Below, in pieces: positions 33,689 through 44,222 of a stretch of DNA of 64,000 bases. Under the pieces are notes generated by a model. It was not told the DNA's origin, did not search any database, and saw only the letters and a program-made list of their open reading frames with translations. The DNA is from an uncultured Actinomycetes bacterium. GTDB taxonomy: Bacteria > Actinomycetota > UBA4738 > HRBIN12. The stretch is from positions 65,730-129,729 of the forward strand of contig CAVSXK010000016.1 in the NCBI GenBank assembly GCA_963731925.1, read 5' to 3'. The position numbers and the translations under genes were made by a program. Position 1 is the stretch's first letter, and the number at the start of each line of letters is the position of its first letter.

Positions 33689-35148
33689 CGCCGCCTCCGC
33701 TTCGCGCGCTCGAGGTCCTCGAGCTGACCCCGGACCCACCGTGCCGGAGGGTTCGCCAGCACGAGCCGAGACAGTCCGCGCGAGCGGCGAGTGCGTTCGT
33801 CGACCGGCATCGAGATCGCTTGCTCCAACGCCTCCGCCATCTCGTCGACGTCGAACGGGTTGACGGGCAGGGCGTACCGGCCCAGCCGCCCATAGGCCCC
33901 CGCGTTCCGCGACAGCACCAGGACCCCCCGCCTGCGGTTCAGCAGGGGACCCTCCATCGCGACCAGGTTCATCCCGTCGATGACGGGGTTGACGAACAGG
34001 ACGTCGTACAGTCCGTACGCCGCGATCGCGCCGATGTAGTCGTCCTTCAACCTGAGCTCGATCGGCTGCCAGCCCTCCCGACCGAGGGCGTCGTTGACCC
34101 GGCGGGCCTCCGTCAGGCACGCCTCGGTGTACTCGCGGTACTCGGGAAGCTCCATGCGCGAAGGCGAGAGCAGGGCGAGGAAGCGGACGCGCCCCAGCCA
34201 GGCCGGGTTCCGGCGGAGGAAGAGCTCGTAGGCCTGGAACCCCCGAACGACGTTCTTGGTGAGCTCGAGCCGGTCGACGCGCAGGATCAGGCGGTTGTTG
34301 TCGCGCCACCGGTTGAGCGCGTGCCGGAGGTTGCGCACGCGAGGCGTGGCCGCCTCTTCGCGCATCGCCCGGCCGTCCACCGAGATCGGATGGATGCGGA
34401 CCGTCACCTCTCGTCCATCGGTCACGATGCGCGAGCGAGCGAGGTCGACTCGGGCCCCCGGCAGCTGGCGAGCGGAGAGCAGGAAGTTCTCGGCCCACGC
34501 GGGCGAGTGGAAACCCAGGACGTCGGCTCCGAGCATCCCGTGAAGGACCTGGTCGTGGATCCGCACGGGGAGCATCCTGAAGTACGTCGGACCGGCGATG
34601 GAGGTGTGCGAGAAATGCGCGATGAGCGCGTCGGGTATCAGCTCGCGCAGCATCCGTGGCACGAGCGAAAGGTGGTAGTCCTGGATCAGGAACGCGGTGT
34701 CCCGCCCGAGCGCGTCGCCTTCCTCGGCGAGGGCCTGCGCGAACCGACGATTGACGTCGACGTACTGGTCCCACGCCTCCTCGACGTCCGGACCGAACGA
34801 CGGCGACGTCACCGTGTCCCACAGGTAGTGGTGGGCGAACCACAGCATGCCGTTCGAGATGCGGTTGTAGTAGCCGTCGTAGATATCCGGCGGGATGTCG
34901 AGGTACCGCAGGCGGTAGGAGACGTCACCTTCCGCGTGATCGATGCGGCCGCCCTTCGATTCGGCGACCATCTCGCGGTCGCCCTCGGACATCGCGGCGG
35001 CGACCCAGACGCCTTCGGCTTCGATGAGCGCGCTCGAGAGCGCGGTCACCAGCCCACCGGACCCGCGACGCGCCTGGAGCTCCCCTTTTCGGGCGCGCTC
35101 GAACGTCAGCGGTCCGCGGTTCGATGCGACGATGAGCGGTGGGCTCAT
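33685..35148 (-). CDS. otsA: alpha,alpha-trehalose-phosphate synthase (GT20)
   Basis: A GT20 core carrying VASNRGP and GFHSPAW. The start at ATG 35148 overlaps the upstream stop (ATGA). Confidence 0.9.
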   Translation of the reverse strand: MSPPLIVASNRGPLTFERARKGELQARRGSGGLVTALSSALIEAEGVWVAAAMSEGDREMVAESKGGRIDHAEGDVSYRLRYLDIPPDIYDGYYNRISNGMLWFAHHYLWDTVTSPSFGPDVEEAWDQYVDVNRRFAQALAEEGDALGRDTAFLIQDYHLSLVPRMLRELIPDALIAHFSHTSIAGPTYFRMLPVRIHDQVLHGMLGADVLGFHSPAWAENFLLSARQLPGARVDLARSRIVTDGREVTVRIHPISVDGRAMREEAATPRVRNLRHALNRWRDNNRLILRVDRLELTKNVVRGFQAYELFLRRNPAWLGRVRFLALLSPSRMELPEYREYTEACLTEARRVNDALGREGWQPIELRLKDDYIGAIAAYGLYDVLFVNPVIDGMNLVAMEGPLLNRRRGVLVLSRNAGAYGRLGRYALPVNPFDVDEMAEALEQAISMPVDERTRRSRGLSRLVLANPPARWVRGQLEDLERAKRRRR

Positions 35149-36389
35149 GCCGTGAGCCGCGAGATCAGACGGATGGTGTCCTCGATCTCGCGGATACACA
35201 GGAACCGCTCGCGGACGCGTCCGCGTCCCAGCTCGCCCATCTCCTTTCGCTTCTCCGGATGACGCAGGAGCTCGGTGACGCGCTCGGCGCAGCGGCCGAT
35301 GCCGTCCACGAGGTAGCCGGTCACCCCCTCCTCGATCTGGAGCCGGATGCCCCCCACGTCACCGCCGACGACGGGCTTCCACTTCCACATCCCCTCGGCC
35401 ACGACCAGGCCGAAGCCCTCCCTGAGCGACTTCTGGATGATCACGTCGGAGGCACGCTGGAACGCGTTCACGGCGCTGTCGCCGACGCCGCTCAGGTTGG
35501 TGAGCAGATGGATGTCGGGGTCACCGGCCGCGTGCTCGGTCGTGAGGTCGAGGTAGCGGATGCCCTCGGGGTCGTCGTGCGCGAGCGATCCCACCAGGGC
35601 GAGCTGGACGTCGGGCACCTCACGGCGGACCAGCCTGAATGCATCGATGACGCCGGGCGGGTCCTTCCACGGGTCGAAACGCGAGACCTGGGTGATGAGG
35701 GGCCGGTCGGGATCCACGCCGAAGGGCATGAGGACGCCCCGCCACGTCGACTCCATCATCGGAGCGTTCTTCGGGCTGAGCGGGTCGATCGAGGGCGGGA
35801 TGAACGCCCGGACGGGGCCCTGGACGCCGGGTTGGACGTACTCCTCGGCGGTGAAGATCGCCGCGTCGTAGCGGTTCACGATCGGTTCGAAGAAGTCCCA
35901 GACGGGCCGGTACGGCGCGGACAGGTCGATGTGGCAGCGCCAGATCCATCGGCCCTTGCGGCGAGCGCTCTCCTCGAGGACCTGCAGCATCGCGGCCGGC
36001 TGCGGGTCGTGCACCAGGATCACGTCGAAGTCGACGGGAAGCTCGGCCGCGTTGGCGTGCATCCGTTCCCAGTACGTCTCGCGCATCTCGTCGTCGAGCT
36101 GGGTCTCGGCGCCCTGGAGCGCGTTGTGTACGGCCTTCGTGACGTTGAAGAAGCGGTCGGATCCTTCGATCACGACCCACGACGTTTCGACGCCCAGGTC
36201 GTTCATGAGCGGCACCTGCGTCTGCAGCAGCTCGGACACTCCGCCGCCGTAGGCGGTGCTGCTCACGTTGAGCACGCGGAGCCCCGGTAGCTGTCGGGCG
36301 GCCTCGCGGAGACGGTCGACAGCCTCCTCGCCCGCCGCTTCCGCGTACTCGGACACGTGCTTGGGCTGGATGGGGACGATCGGGAGCAC
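35145..36389 (-). CDS. treT: GT4 glycosyltransferase, trehalose glycosyltransferring synthase TreT-like
   Basis: The N-terminal block RVLNVSSTAYGGGVSELL...FFNVTKAVHNALQG recalls TreT proteins. The GT-B C-terminal domain carries FGLVVAEGMWK. The assignment is from memory of the family. Confidence 0.6.
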   Translation of the reverse strand: MLPIVPIQPKHVSEYAEAAGEEAVDRLREAARQLPGLRVLNVSSTAYGGGVSELLQTQVPLMNDLGVETSWVVIEGSDRFFNVTKAVHNALQGAETQLDDEMRETYWERMHANAAELPVDFDVILVHDPQPAAMLQVLEESARRKGRWIWRCHIDLSAPYRPVWDFFEPIVNRYDAAIFTAEEYVQPGVQGPVRAFIPPSIDPLSPKNAPMMESTWRGVLMPFGVDPDRPLITQVSRFDPWKDPPGVIDAFRLVRREVPDVQLALVGSLAHDDPEGIRYLDLTTEHAAGDPDIHLLTNLSGVGDSAVNAFQRASDVIIQKSLREGFGLVVAEGMWKWKPVVGGDVGGIRLQIEEGVTGYLVDGIGRCAERVTELLRHPEKRKEMGELGRGRVRERFLCIREIEDTIRLISRLTA

Positions 36390-36430
36390 GGGTCGAGTCT
36401 ACTGGGGACGGACGCCGCGGCCGGACGAGC

Positions 36431-36847
36431 TCAAACGCCCAGTTGCGCGAGCTCCTTCTCCCGCCGGAGGGAGCGCTCGGTCGTCGACATCTCCCGGGCT
36501 CGTTCCGCGATCCCGACGAGATCGACGGGCGAGAACGGCTTGGTCATGTACTCGGCGCATCCCGCCCGCCAGCCCGCCTTGCGATCCTCGAGCTGGGTCT
36601 TCGCCGTGAGGAGGATCACGGGCACGTCGCGGGTCTGGGCCCCGTTCGCGAGCGTCCCGAGGACGGAGATCCCGTCCATCTTCGGCAGCATCACGTCGAG
36701 CACGACGACGTCCGGTCGTTCGCGAAGGGCGAGCTCGAGCCCCGCCTCGCCGTTGTTGGCCTCGATCACCTCGTGCCCGGCGAGCTGGAGGTTCACCCGG
36801 CAGAGCATCAGGACGTCCGGCTCGTCGTCGATCACCAGTACCCGCAT
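36431..36847 (-). CDS. single-domain response regulator (CheY-like)
   Basis: Receiver-domain motifs DDEPD, D53 and TAK. It is the first gene of the RR-treT-otsA unit on the minus strand. Confidence 0.85.
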   Translation of the reverse strand: MRVLVIDDEPDVLMLCRVNLQLAGHEVIEANNGEAGLELALRERPDVVVLDVMLPKMDGISVLGTLANGAQTRDVPVILLTAKTQLEDRKAGWRAGCAEYMTKPFSPVDLVGIAERAREMSTTERSLRREKELAQLGV

Positions 36848-36978
36848 GTCGTCTCCGTCCGTAGATCGCTTGCTCCCCGGAGTATCGGCCGTGGCGGGGG
36901 GACTCCATATGGCCCGACGGGACCATCTCTGCGCCCTCCGGACGGGTCATCACGTGCCTCCAGGCACGAGAGGGCTCG

Positions 36979-37007
36979 TTGACACCCCCATACACCCTTC
37001 CTACATT
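36979..37007 (+). promoter_or_regulatory. sigma-70-like promoter TTGACA-N17-TACATT upstream of the rrf2 gene
   Basis: Consensus-like -35 and -10 hexamers with a 17-nt spacer, ~15 nt before the ATG at 37024. Confidence 0.4.
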
Positions 37008-37023
37008 GGGCTGGGAGCCGAGG

Positions 37024-37494
37024 ATGCTGAAGATCTCTCAGAAGCTCGAATACGCCATGCGGGCGATGATCGAGCTGTCCATGCGCCGGGAAACGGGGGG
37101 GCTCGTGCCCGCCCGGGAGATCGCCCAGGCACAACAGATCCCGGTGCGGTTCCTCGAGCAGCAGCTCGGTGCCCTCCACAAGGCCGGGCTCGTCGAGAGC
37201 TTCCGCGGGGCCGGTGGGGGGTGTCGTCTGGCCAAGGAGCCTTCCGAGATCAGCGTGGCCCAGATCGCGGACGCGATCGAGGGGCAGCTCTACCCGATGT
37301 TCTGCCTGGAGCCTACCGACCACACGTGCTTCGCGGATTCGCGATGCGGACTGCAGGGCTTCTGGGGGGAGGTCGCCCTGGCGATCGACGGTGTCTTCCA
37401 GCGGACCACCGTCGCCGATCTCGCCGAGCGCCACCAGCGCACGGCCGGCCCGACGGTGTTCACGTCCGAGCAGCTCCTGTCAGGGCTGAACTAG
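37024..37494 (+). CDS. Rrf2-family transcriptional regulator (IscR/NsrR-like, three-Cys cluster ligands)
   Basis: The N-terminal MLKISQKLEYAMRAM wHTH and a C-X6-C-X5-C motif (CLEPTDHTCFADSRC) are present. Confidence 0.85.
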   Translation: MLKISQKLEYAMRAMIELSMRRETGGLVPAREIAQAQQIPVRFLEQQLGALHKAGLVESFRGAGGGCRLAKEPSEISVAQIADAIEGQLYPMFCLEPTDHTCFADSRCGLQGFWGEVALAIDGVFQRTTVADLAERHQRTAGPTVFTSEQLLSGLN

Positions 37495-37538
37495 GCGTCT
37501 CAAGGCTGGATCAGGCGTCGCGGGCGGAGAGGCTCCCA

Positions 37539-37579
37539 GGCTCCGTTCCGTGCCTGAAACGGAGCCGGGAGGTCCGGCT
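37539..37579. terminator. tandem hairpins between the convergent rrf2 and zinc-ribbon genes (possible bidirectional terminator)
   Basis: GGCTCCGTT-N10-AACGGAGCC followed by AGCCGG-GAGGT-CCGGCT. No U tract. Confidence 0.35.
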
Positions 37580-37593
37580 CCGACCTGGCGGTC

Positions 37594-37743
37594 TCAGGCG
37601 TCGCTCTTGCCCAGGATGCGCATCACCTTGGTGCCGCACTTCGGGCAGATGCCCTGAGCGGCCTTCCGACCGTTCTTGAGTTCGACGACCGTGCCCTCGA
37701 ACTGGACCTTCTCTCGGTCCTTCACGCAGTACCCCTCGTACAT
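37594..37743 (-). CDS. 49-aa zinc-ribbon protein (DUF5679-like)
   Basis: The sequence [49 protein letters not shown] contains a C...C/CxxC ribbon. A GGAGGG RBS sits 11 nt upstream. Confidence 0.6.
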   Translation of the reverse strand: MYEGYCVKDREKVQFEGTVVELKNGRKAAQGICPKCGTKVMRILGKSDA

Positions 37744-37926
37744 GGCCACGTGGGCCCTCCTTCCCCCCGCAGGGTTCGAGGCCGCCTCCGTGGCGGCCTC
37801 GTAGGCACGATGCTGGGGCCTTCCAGGCACGGATGCAAGCACTCGAGGCCCATTCCCCGGAATGCCCTCCCAGCCTGCGGGCCGTACGATGCGGGCCTGT
37901 CGCATCGCGCGAGGGGGGTCTTACCC

Positions 37927-39888
37927 ATGTCGGACGCCGATCAGAACATCGCCGCACTGCTCTCGGAGGAACGTGTGTTCGAGCCCTCCGAGGAGTTCCG
38001 CTCCAGAGCGGTCGTCCAGGACCGAGCGATCTACGAGAGCGCCGAGGCCGACCACGAGGCGTTCTGGGCCGAGCAGGCCGACCGCTTGGGATGGGTCAAG
38101 CGCTGGGACACGGTCATGACGTGGACCCCTCCGTGGGTCAGATGGTTCGAGGGGGGGCAGCTGAATGCGTCGTACAACTGCCTCGACCGCCACGTCGAGG
38201 CCGGTGGGGGCGACAAGGTCGCGTACTACTGGGAGGGCGAGCCTGGCGAGGAGCGGGCGATCACCTACCGGGAGCTCCTGGACGAGGTTTCTCGGTTCGC
38301 GAACGCTTTGAAGGAGCTCGGCGTGCGGAGGGGCGACCGGGTCGCCATCTACCTCGGCATGGTTCCCGAGCTGCCCGTCGCGATGCTGGCCTGCGCACGG
38401 ATCGGCGCGCCGCACTCGGTCGTGTTCGGCGGCTTCTCCTCGGAGTCGCTGCGCGATCGGATCATCGATGCCGAGGCGAAGGTCCTCGTCACGGCGGACG
38501 GCGGATATCGCCGCGGCGCGGTCGTGCCGCTCAAGGCCAACGCGGATGAAGCCATCAAGGAGTGCCCCACGATCGAGCACGTCGTCACGGTCCGGCGGAC
38601 CGGGGGCGAACACTCCTTCGTCGAGGGTCGAGACCTCTGGTACCACGATCTGATCGAGGATCAGTCGACGGTGTGCGAGCCCGAGCCGATGGACTCGGAG
38701 GATCCCCTCTACCTCTTGTACACGAGCGGGACCACCGGAAGGCCGAAGGGGATCGTGCACACGACGGGCGGCTATCTCACGCAGGTCGCGGCCACCCACC
38801 GGATGATCTTCGACATCCACGAGGACGACGTGTACTGGTGCGCCGCGGACATCGGGTGGGTCACCGGGCACTCGTACATCGTCTACGGCCCGCTCGCGAA
38901 CCACACGACGGGCGTCATCTACGAGGGCGCGCCGGACTGGCCGGACAAGGACCGGCTCTGGCAGATCGTCGAGAAGTACCGGGCCACGATCCTGTACACG
39001 GCTCCGACCGCCATCCGAGCCTTCATGCGGTGGGGAACCGAGTACCCGGAGAAGCACGACCTGTCCTCGCTCCGGTTGCTCGGTTCCGTCGGAGAGCCGA
39101 TCAACCCCGAGGCGTGGGTGTGGTACTGGACGTACATCGGCGGTGAGCGCTGTCCGGTCGTCGACACGTGGTGGCAGACGGAGACGGGGTCGATCCTGAT
39201 CACGCCGCTACCCGGCATCACCCCTCTCAAGCCCGGCTCCGCGACCTTCCCCTTCCCCGGAATCGTCGCCGACGTGATCGACGAGCACGGCTCGACCGTG
39301 CCTCTCGGAGGCGGTGGATACCTCGTCCTGAAGCGGCCGTGGCCGTCGATCGCGCGGACGATCTGGGGCGACCCGGACCGCTATGTCGAGACCTACTTCT
39401 CGAAGTACGGCCCCGAGACCTATGTGGCCGGCGACGGCGCGAAGCGCGACGAGGAGGGGTACTTCTGGTTGCTCGGGCGGATCGACGACGTGATGAACGT
39501 CGCGGGACACCGGCTGTCGACGTACGAGATCGAGAGCGCGCTCGTCGACAACCCGAAGGTGGCCGAGGCCGCCGTGGTCTCTCGGCCGGACGATCTGGTA
39601 GGTGAGGCGATCGTCGCGTTCGTCACCCTGAAGAGCGGTTACGAAGGGGACGATGCCGTCGCCGGCGAGCTCCGGGACCACGTCTCCAAGAAGATCGGCA
39701 AGATCGCTCGACCGCACGGGATCATCTTCACTGCCGACCTTCCGAAGACCCGCTCCGGCAAGATCATGCGCAGGCTCTTGCGGGACGTCGCGCGCGGAAG
39801 ACCCCTGGGCGACGTCACCACCCTCGCGAACGCGGAGATCGTCGAGCAGATCCACGGGATGGTGGAGACCGGCGGCACCGACGAGTGA
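37927..39888 (+). CDS. acs: acetyl-coenzyme A synthetase
   Basis: AMP-binding motifs [16 protein letters not shown]-like, and the final SGKIMRR lysine region are present. Confidence 0.95.
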   Translation: MSDADQNIAALLSEERVFEPSEEFRSRAVVQDRAIYESAEADHEAFWAEQADRLGWVKRWDTVMTWTPPWVRWFEGGQLNASYNCLDRHVEAGGGDKVAYYWEGEPGEERAITYRELLDEVSRFANALKELGVRRGDRVAIYLGMVPELPVAMLACARIGAPHSVVFGGFSSESLRDRIIDAEAKVLVTADGGYRRGAVVPLKANADEAIKECPTIEHVVTVRRTGGEHSFVEGRDLWYHDLIEDQSTVCEPEPMDSEDPLYLLYTSGTTGRPKGIVHTTGGYLTQVAATHRMIFDIHEDDVYWCAADIGWVTGHSYIVYGPLANHTTGVIYEGAPDWPDKDRLWQIVEKYRATILYTAPTAIRAFMRWGTEYPEKHDLSSLRLLGSVGEPINPEAWVWYWTYIGGERCPVVDTWWQTETGSILITPLPGITPLKPGSATFPFPGIVADVIDEHGSTVPLGGGGYLVLKRPWPSIARTIWGDPDRYVETYFSKYGPETYVAGDGAKRDEEGYFWLLGRIDDVMNVAGHRLSTYEIESALVDNPKVAEAAVVSRPDDLVGEAIVAFVTLKSGYEGDDAVAGELRDHVSKKIGKIARPHGIIFTADLPKTRSGKIMRRLLRDVARGRPLGDVTTLANAEIVEQIHGMVETGGTDE

Positions 39889-39892
39889 CGCG

Positions 39893-40474
39893 CTGCATCG
39901 CCTCGGGGTCGTCGCCGTCCTCGCCACGCTGAGCGTGCCCGTCGGGGTCGCCGCGCGGCCGCTCGGGCCGTCCGGTCCCTCGGGGTGCACGATCTTCGGG
40001 ACCGATGGCAACGACGTCCTTCGAGGGACCCCCCGCCGAGACGTGATCTGCGGCCTCAACGGGGACGACGCGATCGTGGGGCTGGCCGGCGGCGACCGGA
40101 TCGTGGGGGGTCGAGGCAACGATCGGATCGACGGAGGTCCCGGCGCGGACGACGTCAGCGGGGGTCGAGGAGCCGACCTGGTCTCCGGTGGGGGGTCCGA
40201 GGACCACGTCGAGGGCGGACCCAACCGTGATGCGGTCAAGGGCGACGCGGGATCGGACGTCGTGCAGGGCGGCCCTGGGCGCGACTTCTGCGTGGCGACC
40301 GACGACGGCATCGACGGCAACGACGTCGCGAACGGCGGTCCGGGGCACGACGTCTACGACGCGGACGCGGGGGACGTCCTCGTGAGCGTGGAGACGGCCC
40401 GAGACTGCTCGATCGGGGCTCGGATCCCGCGAGACGACCACCTGCGCTTGCCATCCGTCGGTCCGGCTAGGTAG
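39893..40474 (+). CDS. secreted RTX-type calcium-binding repeat protein
   Basis: Six or more GGxGxD nonapeptide repeats and a signal-peptide-like N-terminus. There is no canonical start after the acs stop; CTG 39893 or GTG 39935 are the candidates. Confidence 0.6.
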   Translation: MHRLGVVAVLATLSVPVGVAARPLGPSGPSGCTIFGTDGNDVLRGTPRRDVICGLNGDDAIVGLAGGDRIVGGRGNDRIDGGPGADDVSGGRGADLVSGGGSEDHVEGGPNRDAVKGDAGSDVVQGGPGRDFCVATDDGIDGNDVANGGPGHDVYDADAGDVLVSVETARDCSIGARIPRDDHLRLPSVGPAR

Positions 40475-40481
40475 CATGCCG

Positions 40482-40508
40482 TTAGCACTCGGGCACCGAG
40501 AGTGCTAG
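40482..40508 (+). promoter_or_regulatory. CIRCE operator (HrcA binding site) TTAGCACTC-N9-GAGTGCTAG
   Basis: A near-perfect match to the CIRCE consensus, 80 nt upstream of groEL. Confidence 0.8.
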
Positions 40509-40546
40509 CAGTCGTTGAGGGGATCTGCGGAACGAAGAGCAGGTAG

Positions 40547-42208
<1,662 letters not shown>

Positions 42209-42228
42209 GTCCGGTCGACGGGAACCAG

Positions 42229-42262
42229 GAAGCGGCCCTCCTCGGAGGGCCGCTTCGTTCGT
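42229..42262 (+). terminator. intrinsic terminator after groEL (11-13 bp GC stem)
   Basis: GAAGCGGCCCT...AGGGCCGCTTC followed by GTTCGT. Confidence 0.6.
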
Positions 42263-42293
42263 CCGGTGAACCGTCGCCCGCCCTGTTGGCTCC

Positions 42294-42536
42294 GTGCCAG
42301 AATCGGCCGTGGGCAAGGCGCGACTCCACGTCACGTTCCCGGGCCACCTGGCCTCCGAACCGATCCTGCACCGGGTGGCGAGCGAGTTCGGGCTCGTGAC
42401 CAACATCCGACGCGCGAACATCGATGACCGAGGCGGGTGGGTGATCGTCGAGGTCGACGGGGACGACGAGCAGCTCGCCGCCGCCGTCTCCTGGCTCGCC
42501 GAGCGGGGGTTGGACGTGGACCGGATCGATGAGTGA
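42294..42536 (+). CDS. small hypothetical protein (NIL/ACT-like?)
   Basis: 80 aa with good coding bias. Family not recognised. Confidence 0.45.
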   Translation: MPESAVGKARLHVTFPGHLASEPILHRVASEFGLVTNIRRANIDDRGGWVIVEVDGDDEQLAAAVSWLAERGLDVDRIDE

Positions 42537-42590
42537 CGTCGGCGAGACGTCTCGGGGACGCGCTCGAGGCGGCGAAAGGATCCGCGCCTG

Positions 42591-42989
42591 ATGCTCGAGA
42601 AGCGGATCGAGATCCGTTGGCGAGACGTCGACGCCTACGGTCACGTGAACAACGCCGTGTACCTGAACTACCTCGAAGAGGCTCGGGACGCGTGGGTGCA
42701 GCAGGTCTTAGGGCGGGCCTCGGGCAACACGTGGGACTTCGTCCTGGCTCGGGTGGAGATCGACTTCAGGGTCGAGCTCACCCAGGACGACGGCGCGGTG
42801 ATCGTTCGATGCGCGCTCGACACCTTCGGCCGTTCGAGCGTTGGAACCCGCGAGGAGGTCCGAAAGCTGGACGGGACGCTCTCGGCGGAGGCACGCTCGG
42901 TTGTCGTCCCGAGAGATCCCGAGAGCGGTCGCTCGCGCCCGCTCTCCGACGCCGAGCGCCGAGCGCTGGAAGCCGAACAGGTGGGGTGA
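42591..42989 (+). CDS. acyl-CoA thioesterase, hotdog fold (4HBT/YbgC-like)
   Basis: The motif WRDVDAYGHVNNAVYLNYLEEAR is typical of this family. Confidence 0.75.
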   Translation: MLEKRIEIRWRDVDAYGHVNNAVYLNYLEEARDAWVQQVLGRASGNTWDFVLARVEIDFRVELTQDDGAVIVRCALDTFGRSSVGTREEVRKLDGTLSAEARSVVVPRDPESGRSRPLSDAERRALEAEQVG

Positions 42990-43045
42990 CGGCGCCCGGG
43001 TGGGCATGTCACCCGTAGCCTGGGCGGTCGATCGGATCGGCTCAA

Positions 43046-43315
43046 GTGGGCCCGATCGGGGGAACTCGGCGCTCCGGCACTCGGTCGGCTAGCCTGCCGA
43101 AGGTGCTGGGCGAGCTCGAAGCCGTGGTCGTCGAGGTGAAGCCGTGGGACGTCCACGGCGTGGGGTACGTGGACGTCACGGTCGTCTACCCCGACCGGGT
43201 GCTCGAGACCGCCCGGCTGGGACCCGAGAGCATCCCGGATCACCTGCAGCCGGGCGAGCACGTGATCGTGAACAAGGCGGTCAACATGATCGTGGGGATC
43301 CGGCGTCCCTCATGA
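43046..43315 (+). CDS. small hypothetical protein
   Basis: High third-position GC, ~89 aa from GTG. The stop overlaps the start of the next ORF (TCATGA). Confidence 0.45.
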   Translation: MGPIGGTRRSGTRSASLPKVLGELEAVVVEVKPWDVHGVGYVDVTVVYPDRVLETARLGPESIPDHLQPGEHVIVNKAVNMIVGIRRPS

Positions 43316-43518
43316 TCGATTGGACCTACCTCGATCGGTCCGGCGAAGAGGTCGGACGCTCGCCACGATTCCCCGACGTGGAGCAGGCCGAGGAATGGAT
43401 CGGCGCATCGTGGCCCGAGTTGCTGGAGAACGGCGTCGAGGCCGTCGTCTTGTACGACCACGGCGCTGGCCAGGGACTGGGTAGGAAGCTGTACCGGATG
43501 GCGCTCGGCCCGGAGTAG
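43312..43518 (+). CDS. small hypothetical protein (68 aa)
   Basis: Translationally coupled to the preceding ORF and has good codon bias. Confidence 0.45.
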   Translation: MIDWTYLDRSGEEVGRSPRFPDVEQAEEWIGASWPELLENGVEAVVLYDHGAGQGLGRKLYRMALGPE

Positions 43519-43534
43519 ACGAGCGCTCGACGGT

Positions 43535-44059
43535 CTACGAGGTGGGTCCTTCTCCTCGGACCTTCTCGACCCCCGAGAGGGCTTCGCGCAGGTCCTTCAG
43601 CCATTCGTCCTGTCTCTGGGCGACCAGACGGACGCACCAGGCGAGCGCGTGGCTGCGCGAGCGCGCGACGCCCCCCTCGACGAGCGTGTCGAGCACCCGG
43701 CGCTCCTCCAAGCGCAGCCGCGTCATCGCCGGCACGCTGACGGTGGTGAAGAGCTTGCGAGCGTCCGCGCACTCCGCCCCCCACGAGACACGGCGACCGA
43801 ACCGGTGCTGCGCTTCCTGCGCGATACGCATCCGATGCTCTCGGGTGTCCTCGCGGAACCCGTCGATGCGGGCGACCCGCGCGGCCGCGGCTCCTTCGGC
43901 GGTGGCGTCCGAGGGGAGCTCGGGATCGGAGAGCGTCCCGACCACGAGGATCTCGTCGCGGTCGAAGGAGACCTGCGGCGTTCCCACGAACCAGTCGGCT
44001 GGGATCCTGCCTGCGAACCAACCGCTGAGCTCTTCGTCCGATGACTCGCGTGTGTTCAT
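43535..44059 (-). CDS. hypothetical protein
   Basis: 174 aa with high third-position GC throughout. No motif recognised. Confidence 0.5.
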   Translation of the reverse strand: MNTRESSDEELSGWFAGRIPADWFVGTPQVSFDRDEILVVGTLSDPELPSDATAEGAAAARVARIDGFREDTREHRMRIAQEAQHRFGRRVSWGAECADARKLFTTVSVPAMTRLRLEERRVLDTLVEGGVARSRSHALAWCVRLVAQRQDEWLKDLREALSGVEKVRGEGPTS

Positions 44060-44222
44060 GGACGGATGATTACACCATTACACGTAATCGTCAACCCATG
44101 CCTGGGGAATTGTGGGGCCGGGCGCCCGACGGCTCCACCTTGCTGCTGCTCGAGATGCGCTCGACGCGCCAGGGTCGAGATGGAAGGATGACAGCCGCCC
44201 GGGCTGGCCGAGATTGGGGCCG

